NCBI GenBank assembly: GCA_022616055.1 | Contig: JAKEFM010000240.1 | Coordinates: 5,504 to 69,503 of the forward strand | Direction of reading: 5' to 3' | DNA from: Planctomycetota bacterium | GTDB taxonomy: Bacteria; Planctomycetota; UBA1135; JAKEFM01 | DNA length: 64,000 bases | The notes under the pieces: generated by a model | What the model was told of the DNA's origin: nothing | The model's input: the letters and a program-made list of their open reading frames with translations, nothing else | The model's database searches: none | In this document: positions 34,896-42,783 of the stretch, in pieces | How the letters are laid out: the number at the start of each line of letters is the position of its first letter | How positions within the stretch are numbered: the first letter of the stretch is position 1 | Translations under genes and position numbers: made by a program

Positions 34896-34967
34896 CTACT
34901 TCTTGGCCTTGGCGTCGAGCAGGACGGCCGCGTCGTCTTTCGAGAGCCGCTTGTAGGAATCGCCCAT
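34896..34967 (-). CDS. candidate 23-aa small ORF (MGDSYKRLSKDDAAVLLDAKAKK)
   Basis: Below the track cutoff. ATG is preceded by AGGAGA at 5-nt spacing. 21 of 23 codons end in G or C, like real genes here. Its stop is 14 nt before the amidohydrolase start. No homology recognised. Confidence 0.3.
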   Translation of the reverse strand: MGDSYKRLSKDDAAVLLDAKAKK

Positions 34968-35118
34968 GTCGGTCTCCTGTCGCGCCGGGGCCCGCGCGGC
35001 AATCGGGGTCCTATCCGGGGCGTGGGGAGGGATCAAGGAGGGGAGGACGGCCCCTCAACCCGGGGGGGAGGAGGGGCCGATAGGCGTTCCGCCGCCACTC
35101 GAACCGGGGGGTTGCACC

Positions 35119-36369
35119 ATGCGCCGGATCCTCGCGCCGCTGATGCTCTCGGGTATCGCCTCGACCGCGGTCGCGCAGTCCTTCACGCCGGGGAATCTCT
35201 TCGTCGCCGATTCCTCGGGGATCGTGCTCGAGTTCGCGCCGGACCGCTCCCTCGTCCGGACGTTCACGTCGACCCCCGACTTCGGGTCCTCCCCCGCCCG
35301 GGGGATCGCCTTCCGCCCCGACGGGCTCCTCGAGGTCGCGGCGGCCGCGACGAACAAGCTCGTCACCTTCGACTCGACCGGCGCGAAGGTCGACGAGACA
35401 TCGGGCGGCGGACTCGGCTCCCCCCAGGGGCTGGCAATCGGCCCGAACGGGGAGCGGTGGGTCGCGAGCGAGACGACGAGCGCCGTGATCGTCTTCGACG
35501 GGAGCGGGGGAGTCCGTCGCTCCGTCTCCGGCGCCGGCCTCGGCCTGCCCCGCGCCCTCGCCTTCGGCCCGAACGGCCACCTCTTCGTCTCCGACGAGAG
35601 CGACGACCTCGTCTACGAGTTCGACCCGGGCGGGGAGAACGTCGGCGCCCACGACTCCGGCGTCGGGACGGGGCCCTTCGGGGCCGCCTTCGGACCGGAC
35701 GGGACGATCTACACGACGATCTCCTCCCCGCCCGCCGTCCGCATCCTGAGCGCGACGGGGATCGTCCAGACGTTGACCGATCCGGACCTCACGACGCCGC
35801 GCGGGATCGCCTTCGGTTTCGACGACCGGATCTACGTCGCGAACGAGAGCCCGCCGCGGGTCCTCCGGATCCGTGTCACGGGCGGGGGGAACCTCGTCGT
35901 GCAGACGATCGACGACCCGGCGATGACGGGTCCCCTCTTCCTCGCCTTCGCGCCGGCCCGTTTCGCGGCGAAGGCGAGCGGGAAGCGGTACTCCGGCGCG
36001 GGACCCGTCAAGTTCGCGGACGGCTACGACGCCGCGACGACGAGCGGCCCTGTCCTCTCGGTGTCGCCGGAGGGGGCGATGCTCTGGCTCGGCGACGACC
36101 CGCTGGATCCGAACGACCTCGCCACGCTCCTCGGCGTCGAGGCCGTCTCTTGGCGGGGCACCTCGGCCAACGGCGCGGGGCTCCTCACCCTCACGGGGGG
36201 CCAGGCCTCCGTCTACGGCGATTTGATCGGCAGCGGCGTGCTCTCGGGGAAGGTCTCCTTCGACGGGGCCTCGGGGCTCCTCCTCGCCCCTTCGACGAAG
36301 GGGACCTTCGTGTTCCAGGCGGGCGGCTCCCTCCTCGTCGGCAAGATCAAGGGGAAGCGCCTGCCGTAG
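35119..36369 (+). CDS. secreted NHL-repeat beta-propeller protein
   Basis: ATG 35119. Signal peptide MRRILAPLMLSGIASTAVAQS. Repeated P.G.A(F/I)(G/R)P(D/N)G.(L/I)(F/Y)V(S/A) blades. C-terminal ~130 aa unknown. Confidence 0.8.
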   Translation: MRRILAPLMLSGIASTAVAQSFTPGNLFVADSSGIVLEFAPDRSLVRTFTSTPDFGSSPARGIAFRPDGLLEVAAAATNKLVTFDSTGAKVDETSGGGLGSPQGLAIGPNGERWVASETTSAVIVFDGSGGVRRSVSGAGLGLPRALAFGPNGHLFVSDESDDLVYEFDPGGENVGAHDSGVGTGPFGAAFGPDGTIYTTISSPPAVRILSATGIVQTLTDPDLTTPRGIAFGFDDRIYVANESPPRVLRIRVTGGGNLVVQTIDDPAMTGPLFLAFAPARFAAKASGKRYSGAGPVKFADGYDAATTSGPVLSVSPEGAMLWLGDDPLDPNDLATLLGVEAVSWRGTSANGAGLLTLTGGQASVYGDLIGSGVLSGKVSFDGASGLLLAPSTKGTFVFQAGGSLLVGKIKGKRLP

Positions 36370-36376
36370 GGGTCCA

Positions 36377-36412
36377 CCGGGACGGGGGGAGTTCGACCTC
36401 CCCCCGTCCCGG
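36377..36412. terminator. perfect 15-bp GC hairpin between convergent genes (candidate bidirectional terminator)
   Basis: CCGGGACGGGGGGAG-ttcgac-CTCCCCCCGTCCCGG, lying between the stops at 36369 (+) and 36425 (-). No U tract on either side. Confidence 0.55.
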
Positions 36413-36424
36413 GGACCGCGCGAC

Positions 36425-36805
36425 TCAGGAGGGGACCTGCGCGTCGGAGTTCGGGACCCCTCCGAACCTCCGGGGGAGCAGGTCTCCCAGCCTCCAGACC
36501 CAGGTCTCGGCCTCGGGCCCGCCCGACGCCGGGATCCGGATCGTCGGGGGCCGGACGCCGATCTCCTCGCATCCGAGGCGCTCGATCTCCGTGCGGATCT
36601 GGCGCAGCGCGGTGCGGTGGTCGGCGGCCTCGGCCGTCAGGAGCCGGGCCTCGGCGCCGCGCCCGCGCCCCCGCTTCTCCATCCGGCGCAGGTCGCCGGC
36701 GATCCGGCGCAGGAGTTCGTCGCGCTCCCGCACCTCGCGGGCGATCGACTCGAGGAGGGGGAGGAGCGCCAGGGCCTCGTTCCACTCGTAGGCTCTCGGT
36801 CTCAT
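36425..36805 (-). CDS. DUF2203-like protein
   Basis: ATG 36805 overlaps the ECF sigma stop (ATGA). N-terminus MRPRAYEWNEALALLPLLESIAREV and C-terminal LGCEEIGVRPPTIRIPA...TWVWRLGD fit the DUF2203 pattern as I remember it. No TM segment. Confidence 0.6.
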   Translation of the reverse strand: MRPRAYEWNEALALLPLLESIAREVRERDELLRRIAGDLRRMEKRGRGRGAEARLLTAEAADHRTALRQIRTEIERLGCEEIGVRPPTIRIPASGGPEAETWVWRLGDLLPRRFGGVPNSDAQVPS

Positions 36806-37401
36806 CGGAGTCCTCCCGCCCCGCAGGTGGGACCGAGCTTCCGGCTCAGCGCCTCGTGCGCGCGGAAGAGCCGCGACTTCACCGTCCCCATCGAGGTCCC
36901 GAGGATCTCGGCGATCTCCTCGTAGGAGTGCTCCTCGAAGTACCGGAGGGCGACGACCGTCCGGAGCCTCGGCGTCAGGCGCGCGACCGCCTCGTGGACG
37001 ACGCGCTCCAGGTCCTCCTTCGCGAGCGCCGCGTCCGGGGTCTGCGCGGCGGGGTCCTGCGCCGAGTCGAGCCCCCCGCCCGAGAGGAGGGTGGGGGTCT
37101 GCTCGGCCCGGACCCGGGCCCTCGCCCGCAGGACGTCGTAGCTGCAGTTGACGGCGATCCGATGCAGCCAGCTCGAGAACCTCGACTGGAAGCGGAACCC
37201 GTCGATCGTCCGGAACACGACGCAGAAGGTCGCCTGCGCCGCGTCGAGGGCGTCGGTCCCGTTTCCCGTGATGCGGCTGCAGAGGGAGTAGACGCGGTCC
37301 TTGTGACGGTCGTAGAGGGTCCGGAAGAGCATCTCGCGCCCCTCGCGGTCGGCCCTCCGGACGTCCAGGACCAGGTCTCGGTCGGAATCGGGGAGTCTCA
37401 T
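36802..37401 (-). CDS. ECF-family RNA polymerase sigma-70 factor
   Basis: ATG 37401. Region 2 is DALDAAQATFCVVFRTIDGFRFQSRFSSWLHRIAVNCSYDVLR. Region 4 is LRTVVALRYFEEHSYEEIAEILGTSMGTVKSRLFRAHEAL. Confidence 0.9.
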   Translation of the reverse strand: MRLPDSDRDLVLDVRRADREGREMLFRTLYDRHKDRVYSLCSRITGNGTDALDAAQATFCVVFRTIDGFRFQSRFSSWLHRIAVNCSYDVLRARARVRAEQTPTLLSGGGLDSAQDPAAQTPDAALAKEDLERVVHEAVARLTPRLRTVVALRYFEEHSYEEIAEILGTSMGTVKSRLFRAHEALSRKLGPTCGAGGLR

Positions 37402-37503
37402 GTCTGACCTCCACCGCTCCCTCCGCCGGGGAGGCCCCGATCCCCTCACGCTTTCCGGGAACCCGGGAGGTCCCGGACGAGGCGGGAAACCCCCGCCCCC
37501 GAC

Positions 37504-39645
37504 TCAGCGCGGTCGCGTTTCCCCGGCCCCCGGCCGCTCCATCCGCGCCTCCAGGTCCCTCACCCGGCCGCGCAGCCAGTGATCCGCGGGGAGGTCCTCC
37601 TCGGGGGTCGAGGAGACCTTCGAGAGGAGGTGCGCGACGCGCCGTTCGAGCGGCGGGCTCGCGGCCGCGTGAAGCTCGGCGAAGCGCCAGAAGAAGAGGA
37701 GGCGCTCCGCGTCCGAGGGTGCGAACACCTCCTCGGCGAGCCTCTCGATCGTCTCGGAGATCTCCTCCGCCTCCTCGGTCCGCCCCTGTCGGAGGAGGCC
37801 CGCCGTGGTCTCGATCAGGACCCGGCCCACGCAGACGGCCATCTCCCAGCGGCGAGGCAACCGGGAGAACTCCTCGGAGACCGCCCGGAGCAGGGCCGTG
37901 ACCTCCGCTCCCGGCGGAGCTCTCCCCTCCCGCACGGCGGCGAGGGCGGCGAGGTCTAGCCCGAGGTCCCCGTCCCTCTCGTTCGCCAGGGTGACGGCGA
38001 GATCCACGCTCCTGCGCACCAGGCCGTCGTCGGGAGCGGTGCCGGACTGGCGCGCGGCGCGGATCAGGGCGTCCAGCGTGAGGAGGGAGTCGACGTCGTT
38101 CCGGCCGAGCTTCTTCGTGAGGAGCCAGTCGGCGCGCTCGAGGTGCCGCCGCGCCTCCTTCGTCTGATCCAGGTCGAGCCACGCGACGCCGACCGCGAAC
38201 CGCACCGCGGCCTCCTGGCCCGGGTCGGAGCCGAAGAGGAGGGCGATCGCGGGATCGGACCCCGCGAGGAGTTCGGAGATGGGAAGGTCGCCGCGGGCGA
38301 AGACCCGGTGGCGCACGAACCGCCGATGGGCGAGTCCCTCGTCGAGACGTCGCTCCGCCGCCATCCTCCGATTGAACTCCCCGTCCCAGGCTCGCTGCGC
38401 GCCGCGGAACGCGGCGGCGAGGCCCGCGAGAAGGGCGCCGCAGGCGAGGATGCTCAGGGCAACCGCGACCCGATGCCGGCGCACGAACCTCGCCAGCCTG
38501 TAGGACGCCGTCGACGGACGCGCCGAGACCGGCTCGCGGCGCAGGTGGCGGCGCAGGTCGGCGGCGAGCTCCGCTGGCGAGTCGTAGCGACGAGCGACGT
38601 CGCGCTCGAGCGCCTTCAGCGCGATCGCGTCGAGGTCCCCCGAGAGTCGCCGCGCGAGCGCGGCCGGGGTCGTGCGCCTCGCCTCCGCCACGTTTTTCGC
38701 CTCCGGAGGAGAAAGGGCGAGGACCCGCCCGCTCGGCGGACGGGGAACCTGGCTCTTCAGGGCGGCGGCGATGGCCGAGACCTCCTCCGCCTGGAAAGGG
38801 GGCACCCCCGCGAGGAGCTCGTACAGGATCGCCCCGAGCGCCCAGACGTCCGCCCGCGTGTCGACGTCTCCGTTCGGATCGGCCTGCTCGGGGCTCATGT
38901 AGAGCCACGTGCCGACCGCCTTCCCGACGGAGGGGAGGGGGAGGCCGGCGCGGGAGCGTCCGGCCAGCGCGACCGCCACGCCGAAATCGATCACCTTGGG
39001 CACGGGCCTGCCGTCCGCCTGGACGACGAGGACGTTGCCCGGCTTGAGGTCGCCGTGGAGGACCCCTCTCCGATGGGCGTGCTCGATCGCCTCGCAGACG
39101 GGGAGGAGGAGCCCGATCCGCCCCTCGACCGGGAGCCTCGCGCGATCGCAGTAGGCGCCGAGCGGGGGCCCCGGGCAGTGCTCCATCGCGAACCAGGGGA
39201 GACCCGACTCGGTCGCGCCGGCGTCGTGGATCTTCGCGATGTTCGGGTGGTTCAGCGTCGCGAGGGCCTGGCGCTCGCCGGCGAACCGCGCGAGGACCTC
39301 CTCGCTCGCCATCCCGAGCCGGATCGTCTTCAGGGCCACGCGGCGGCTCACCGGCTCGGTCTGCTCGGCGAGGTGGACGGTCCCCATCCCCCCTTCGCCG
39401 AGGACCTCGAGAAGGCGGTAGGGACCGATCCGTCGCTCCCCGGCCGGCGCCTCCCGGAGGGGACTCCGCCCGAGGACCCCCGACGTCCCCTTCGACTCCT
39501 CGGCGAGGAGCTCCGCGGCCCGGACCCGGAGCTCGCCGTCCCCGCCGCACTCCGCGGCGAGGAAGGCCTCGCGTTTCCCCGGGGCGAGGTCGAGGGCCCG
39601 GCGGAAGATCTCCGCGAGGCGCCGCTCCCGTTCGGCGTCGAGCAC
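37504..39645 (-). CDS. serine/threonine protein kinase, membrane-spanning, with C-terminal helical-repeat domain
   Basis: Hanks motifs GEGGMGTV, VALK, HGDLKPGNVLV (Gly in place of the Arg of HRD), DFGVA and SPEQ. TM helix VAVALSILACGALLAGLAAAF. GTG start 7 nt after the upstream sigma stop. Confidence 0.9.
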   Translation of the reverse strand: MLDAERERRLAEIFRRALDLAPGKREAFLAAECGGDGELRVRAAELLAEESKGTSGVLGRSPLREAPAGERRIGPYRLLEVLGEGGMGTVHLAEQTEPVSRRVALKTIRLGMASEEVLARFAGERQALATLNHPNIAKIHDAGATESGLPWFAMEHCPGPPLGAYCDRARLPVEGRIGLLLPVCEAIEHAHRRGVLHGDLKPGNVLVVQADGRPVPKVIDFGVAVALAGRSRAGLPLPSVGKAVGTWLYMSPEQADPNGDVDTRADVWALGAILYELLAGVPPFQAEEVSAIAAALKSQVPRPPSGRVLALSPPEAKNVAEARRTTPAALARRLSGDLDAIALKALERDVARRYDSPAELAADLRRHLRREPVSARPSTASYRLARFVRRHRVAVALSILACGALLAGLAAAFRGAQRAWDGEFNRRMAAERRLDEGLAHRRFVRHRVFARGDLPISELLAGSDPAIALLFGSDPGQEAAVRFAVGVAWLDLDQTKEARRHLERADWLLTKKLGRNDVDSLLTLDALIRAARQSGTAPDDGLVRRSVDLAVTLANERDGDLGLDLAALAAVREGRAPPGAEVTALLRAVSEEFSRLPRRWEMAVCVGRVLIETTAGLLRQGRTEEAEEISETIERLAEEVFAPSDAERLLFFWRFAELHAAASPPLERRVAHLLSKVSSTPEEDLPADHWLRGRVRDLEARMERPGAGETRPR

Positions 39646-39651
39646 GCCCCG

Positions 39652-40242
39652 CTAGCGCCCGCCTTCCCCCATCTCCCGCTGCAGCCAGGAGCGCGCGAAC
39701 TTCCAGTCCCTCTCGGCGGTCGCGAGGGAGACCCCGGCGACCTCGGCCACCTCCGGCATCGAGAGGCCGGCGAAGAAGTGGAGGGAGACCACCTTCGCCG
39801 GGCGCTCGTGGGCGCTCTCGAGCTTCCCGAGCGCCTCGTGGAGGGAGAGGACGTCCTCGACGGGGGCGCCCGGGAGGACCTCGGGGAGGTCCCCCGAGAG
39901 CTTCGCCTTCCTCGAGACGTCCCGCTTGCGGCTCCCCTTGCGCCGCGCCTGCTCGACGAGGATGTTGCGCATGGCGTTCGCCGCGGCCCCGAAGAAGTGC
40001 GCCCGGTTCTCGAAGCCGGGAGGGGCATTGGCGAACAGGCGGATCCAGGCCTCGTGGACGAGGTCGGTCGCCTGGACCGTCTGCGCGCGTCCGACCCGCG
40101 CCACGCGACCGCGCGCGATCGCGCGCAGCTCCTCGTAGACGAGCCCGAGGAGCTCCTTCCCGGCCCGGCGGTCTCCGGATCCGACGCGCCGCAGGCATTC
40201 GGTGATCGGCGGGCCTTCGTGCTTCCCGGCCGCGGGACTCAT
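39652..40242 (-). CDS. ECF sigma factor of the kinase-associated (ECF43 / TIGR02999-like) type
   Basis: Characteristic N-terminus ITECLRRVGSGDRRAGKELLGLVYEELRAIARGRV. Region 2 is LVHEAWIRL. Region 4 is VVSLHFFAGLSMPEVAEVAGVSLATAERDWKFARSWL. Confidence 0.85.
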   Translation of the reverse strand: MSPAAGKHEGPPITECLRRVGSGDRRAGKELLGLVYEELRAIARGRVARVGRAQTVQATDLVHEAWIRLFANAPPGFENRAHFFGAAANAMRNILVEQARRKGSRKRDVSRKAKLSGDLPEVLPGAPVEDVLSLHEALGKLESAHERPAKVVSLHFFAGLSMPEVAEVAGVSLATAERDWKFARSWLQREMGEGGR

Positions 40243-40258
40243 CGGCGCGAGGATACCG

Positions 40259-40705
40259 CTACTCGGTCGATCGGCCGAACGCGTAGCGGTCGTGGACGGC
40301 CGGATCGAAGGGCTCCGGCCGGGGCTCGGCCGCGAACCCGCGGTGCTTCGCGCGGCAGCGGTAGCAGACGACGACCTCGGGGAGCGCGAGGTAGAGGAGG
40401 GCGTCGAGCGCGGCGGCCCCGAGGAGCGGGACGTAGATCGCCCAGAAGGGGAGCCTCGACGCGACGGCGACGAAGACGAGGAGGGCGGCGGCCCCGACGA
40501 TCGCGAGCCCGACCTTCCTCGGGAAGTCCTTCTGGCGGTAGAGATCGGGACAGTTGCAGGCGAGGCAGGAGGCGACGCCGCCGGTCGCTCCCGGGGAGGC
40601 GCGGACCTCGACGCGCGTTCCGCAGGAGGGGCACGCCGCGGAAGGGGGCTGCGCGTGGATCGGCCGCCGGCACTTCGGACAGGGGACCTCGACGCGCGAG
40701 GTCAA
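40259..40705 (-). CDS. zinc-ribbon membrane protein
   Basis: TTG 40705 overlaps the upstream stop (TTGA). CPKC...CPSC zinc ribbon, two TM helices, and a distal CYRC pair. The remainder of track ORF 40259..41791 is junk. Confidence 0.6.
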   Translation of the reverse strand: MTSRVEVPCPKCRRPIHAQPPSAACPSCGTRVEVRASPGATGGVASCLACNCPDLYRQKDFPRKVGLAIVGAAALLVFVAVASRLPFWAIYVPLLGAAALDALLYLALPEVVVCYRCRAKHRGFAAEPRPEPFDPAVHDRYAFGRSTE

Positions 40706-41454
40706 AGGGGGATCCCGTAGGAGCCCCAGAGGGCGAGACCGACCGCCTCCCCGATCAGGACGAGGACGGTCGAGGCGTAGAGGATCCCCGTCGCCGATCG
40801 CGTGTTCCGGTGGCGCAGGCATCCCGCGACGAGGGCGGCGAACGCGAGCGGGACGAGGAGACCGACGAGCCCCCGCGTGCCGAGGTGGAAGAGGCCCATC
40901 GGGCGGAAGAGGGAGGTGCCCGCCAGCTGGGAGCCGGAGACCGCGAGGAGGGCGCCGGCGGCGGCGAGCTTCCCCCCGAGCGCTCCGACGGAGGCGAGAT
41001 TGGCGCGGCGCAGGATCGCGACGTCGAGGTTCGGGACGACGAGATACCAGTGTCCGAGGACCATCGCGACGGCGATCGTCCCGACGAGCAGGGCGGAGCC
41101 GACGGAGGAGGCGAGACCGAGCGCGCCGACGGAGGCGCCCGCCTCGAGGACGCTGGGCGCCAGAGCGGCGAGGGAGCCCAGGGTGGCGAGGCCGAGGACG
41201 ATCGACCTCCGCGCGGTGGTAAGCGGCCTCAGGAGGAAGAGGAACTCCGCCACGGCGAGAAGGGCGCCGGCGGTGACGAAGGTTCCTGCGGCTCCGGGGA
41301 GGAACGCGCCCACCGCCGTCGCCGCCGCCGCGAAGCCTCCGAGGAGCCGGAAGAAGAAGGGTCCGAGGGGAGCCGCGCGGACGAGGAGGAGGGAGGCGAA
41401 GAGGCCGAAGCCCAGCTCGAGGAGGAAGAGGGATCCGAGGCGCGCCCAGTCCAA
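40702..41454 (-). CDS. polytopic integral membrane protein (unknown function)
   Basis: TTG start. About 7 hydrophobic helices. Conserved-looking GHWYLVVPN motif. Coherent Ala/Leu/Gly-rich composition. Confidence 0.7.
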   Translation of the reverse strand: MDWARLGSLFLLELGFGLFASLLLVRAAPLGPFFFRLLGGFAAAATAVGAFLPGAAGTFVTAGALLAVAEFLFLLRPLTTARRSIVLGLATLGSLAALAPSVLEAGASVGALGLASSVGSALLVGTIAVAMVLGHWYLVVPNLDVAILRRANLASVGALGGKLAAAGALLAVSGSQLAGTSLFRPMGLFHLGTRGLVGLLVPLAFAALVAGCLRHRNTRSATGILYASTVLVLIGEAVGLALWGSYGIPL

Positions 41455-41531
41455 GGGAGGGAAGGGGTCGAGCCGCGATTATCGCGGGGCGCGAGGTCGT
41501 GCCGGAGGGGGTTCGCGCTACGATCCGCCGC

Positions 41532-42242
41532 GTGAAGGACGCCGTCGTCCTCGTGACCGGCGCCGGCCGCGGGATCGGCCGCGCGATCGCCCTCGCCTTC
41601 GCCGCCCGGGGCGCCCGGATCCTCCTCTGCGCACGGACCGCGGGCGAGATCCGGGACGCGGCCGCCCGCTGCTCCGAGGCGGGGGGCCCCGGCCTCGCCC
41701 TCCGCCTCGACGTCCGGGAGGAGGGCGAGATCGAGGCGCTGGCGAACCGGGTCGGGCGCGAGTTGGGCCGCCTCGACGTCCTCGTCAACAACGCCGGGAT
41801 CTACACGTCGGCGCCGGTCGCCGAGACGACGAGCGCGGCCTGGCGCGAGACGCTCGAGACGAACCTCACCGGCCCGTTCCTCCTCACCCGCACGTTCCTC
41901 CCGCTCCTGCGGCGCAGCGCGAAGGGGCACCTCTTCATGGTCGGGTCGATCGCCTCGCGACAGGCCTTCGCCGAGTGCGGGGCCTACTGCGCCTCGAAGT
42001 TCGGCCTCCTCGGGCTGACGGAGGTCCTGCGCGAGGAGCTCCGGGGCGACCGCATCCGCGTCACCTCCGTCCTCCCGGGCGCGACGGACACCGCCGCCTG
42101 GGACGGGAAGGGCTCCGACGCGGAGCGTCCGAGGATGGTCCGCGCGGAGGAGGTCGCGGAGGCGGTCGTCGCCGCCTACGCGCTCCCCCCCTCCTCCTCC
42201 GTCGACGAGATCACGCTCACCCCCGCCGCGGGCCCGATCTAG
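41532..42242 (+). CDS. SDR-family oxidoreductase
   Basis: TGAGRGIG Rossmann motif, NNAG, and catalytic S...YCASK. GTG 41532 was chosen because it puts the Rossmann motif at the usual distance. The track start GTG 41499 is an alternative. Confidence 0.85.
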   Translation: MKDAVVLVTGAGRGIGRAIALAFAARGARILLCARTAGEIRDAAARCSEAGGPGLALRLDVREEGEIEALANRVGRELGRLDVLVNNAGIYTSAPVAETTSAAWRETLETNLTGPFLLTRTFLPLLRRSAKGHLFMVGSIASRQAFAECGAYCASKFGLLGLTEVLREELRGDRIRVTSVLPGATDTAAWDGKGSDAERPRMVRAEEVAEAVVAAYALPPSSSVDEITLTPAAGPI

Positions 42243-42688
42243 TCCTCCCGTCCCCGCGGGTCCGGCCGTCCGGCCGGCCCGTAGTAGTCGACGAGGTTCT
42301 CGTCCGACTCGAGGAGGCGCACCCGGTAGAGTTGCGACCCTTCGAGCGCGGGCTCGACGAGGTCCCAGATCTTGATCGCGACGTTCTCGGCCGTCGGGAT
42401 GACGCCCGCCAGGCACTCGACGTCGCGGTTGAGGTCCCGGTGATCGAGGAGGGAGACGACGCGCTCCTCGAGGATCTCCTTGAGGACCTTGAGGTCGAGG
42501 ACCATCCCGGTGCGCGGCGGGACCGTTCCGCGGACGGTCACCTCGAGGACGTAGTTGTGGCCATGCGGGTTCGAGCAGACGCCGAAGGTCCGCCGGTTCT
42601 CCTCGGGGGAGAGGGAGGGGTTGTGGAGGGTGTGGGCGGCGCAGAACCTCACGCGCCGCGAGATGTAGAGGATCGGAGGGGACTCCAC
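42239..42688 (-). CDS. queD: 6-carboxy-5,6,7,8-tetrahydropterin synthase
   Basis: Motifs FCAAHTL and CSNPHGHNY...E (zinc and catalytic residues of the PTPS/QueD family). GTG start. Confidence 0.9.
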   Translation of the reverse strand: MESPPILYISRRVRFCAAHTLHNPSLSPEENRRTFGVCSNPHGHNYVLEVTVRGTVPPRTGMVLDLKVLKEILEERVVSLLDHRDLNRDVECLAGVIPTAENVAIKIWDLVEPALEGSQLYRVRLLESDENLVDYYGPAGRPDPRGRED

Positions 42689-42783
42689 GTGGCGGCCTCG
42701 CCGCGCGCGATCCCGGACGGCGCCCCGGCGAGGAAGGCTCTTATCCGACGCCCCTTCCCCCCGGTCAAGGCGGGGACCCTCCC

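Noticed and set aside
32909-35002. Upstream two-thirds of track ORF 31022..35002 (and, likewise, most of 36425..40198 and 40259..41791)
   Set aside because: Only the 3' parts starting at ATG 32908, ATG 36805 and TTG 40705 have credible sequence (a lipoprotein signal plus GHSLGG, a DUF2203-like pattern, a zinc ribbon plus TM helices). The upstream parts overlap better genes in other frames.
42689-42783. Possible preQ1 riboswitch upstream of queD
   Set aside because: Neither strand contains the short preQ1-I or preQ1-II consensus elements I know. The region looks like a plain GC-rich divergent promoter spacer.
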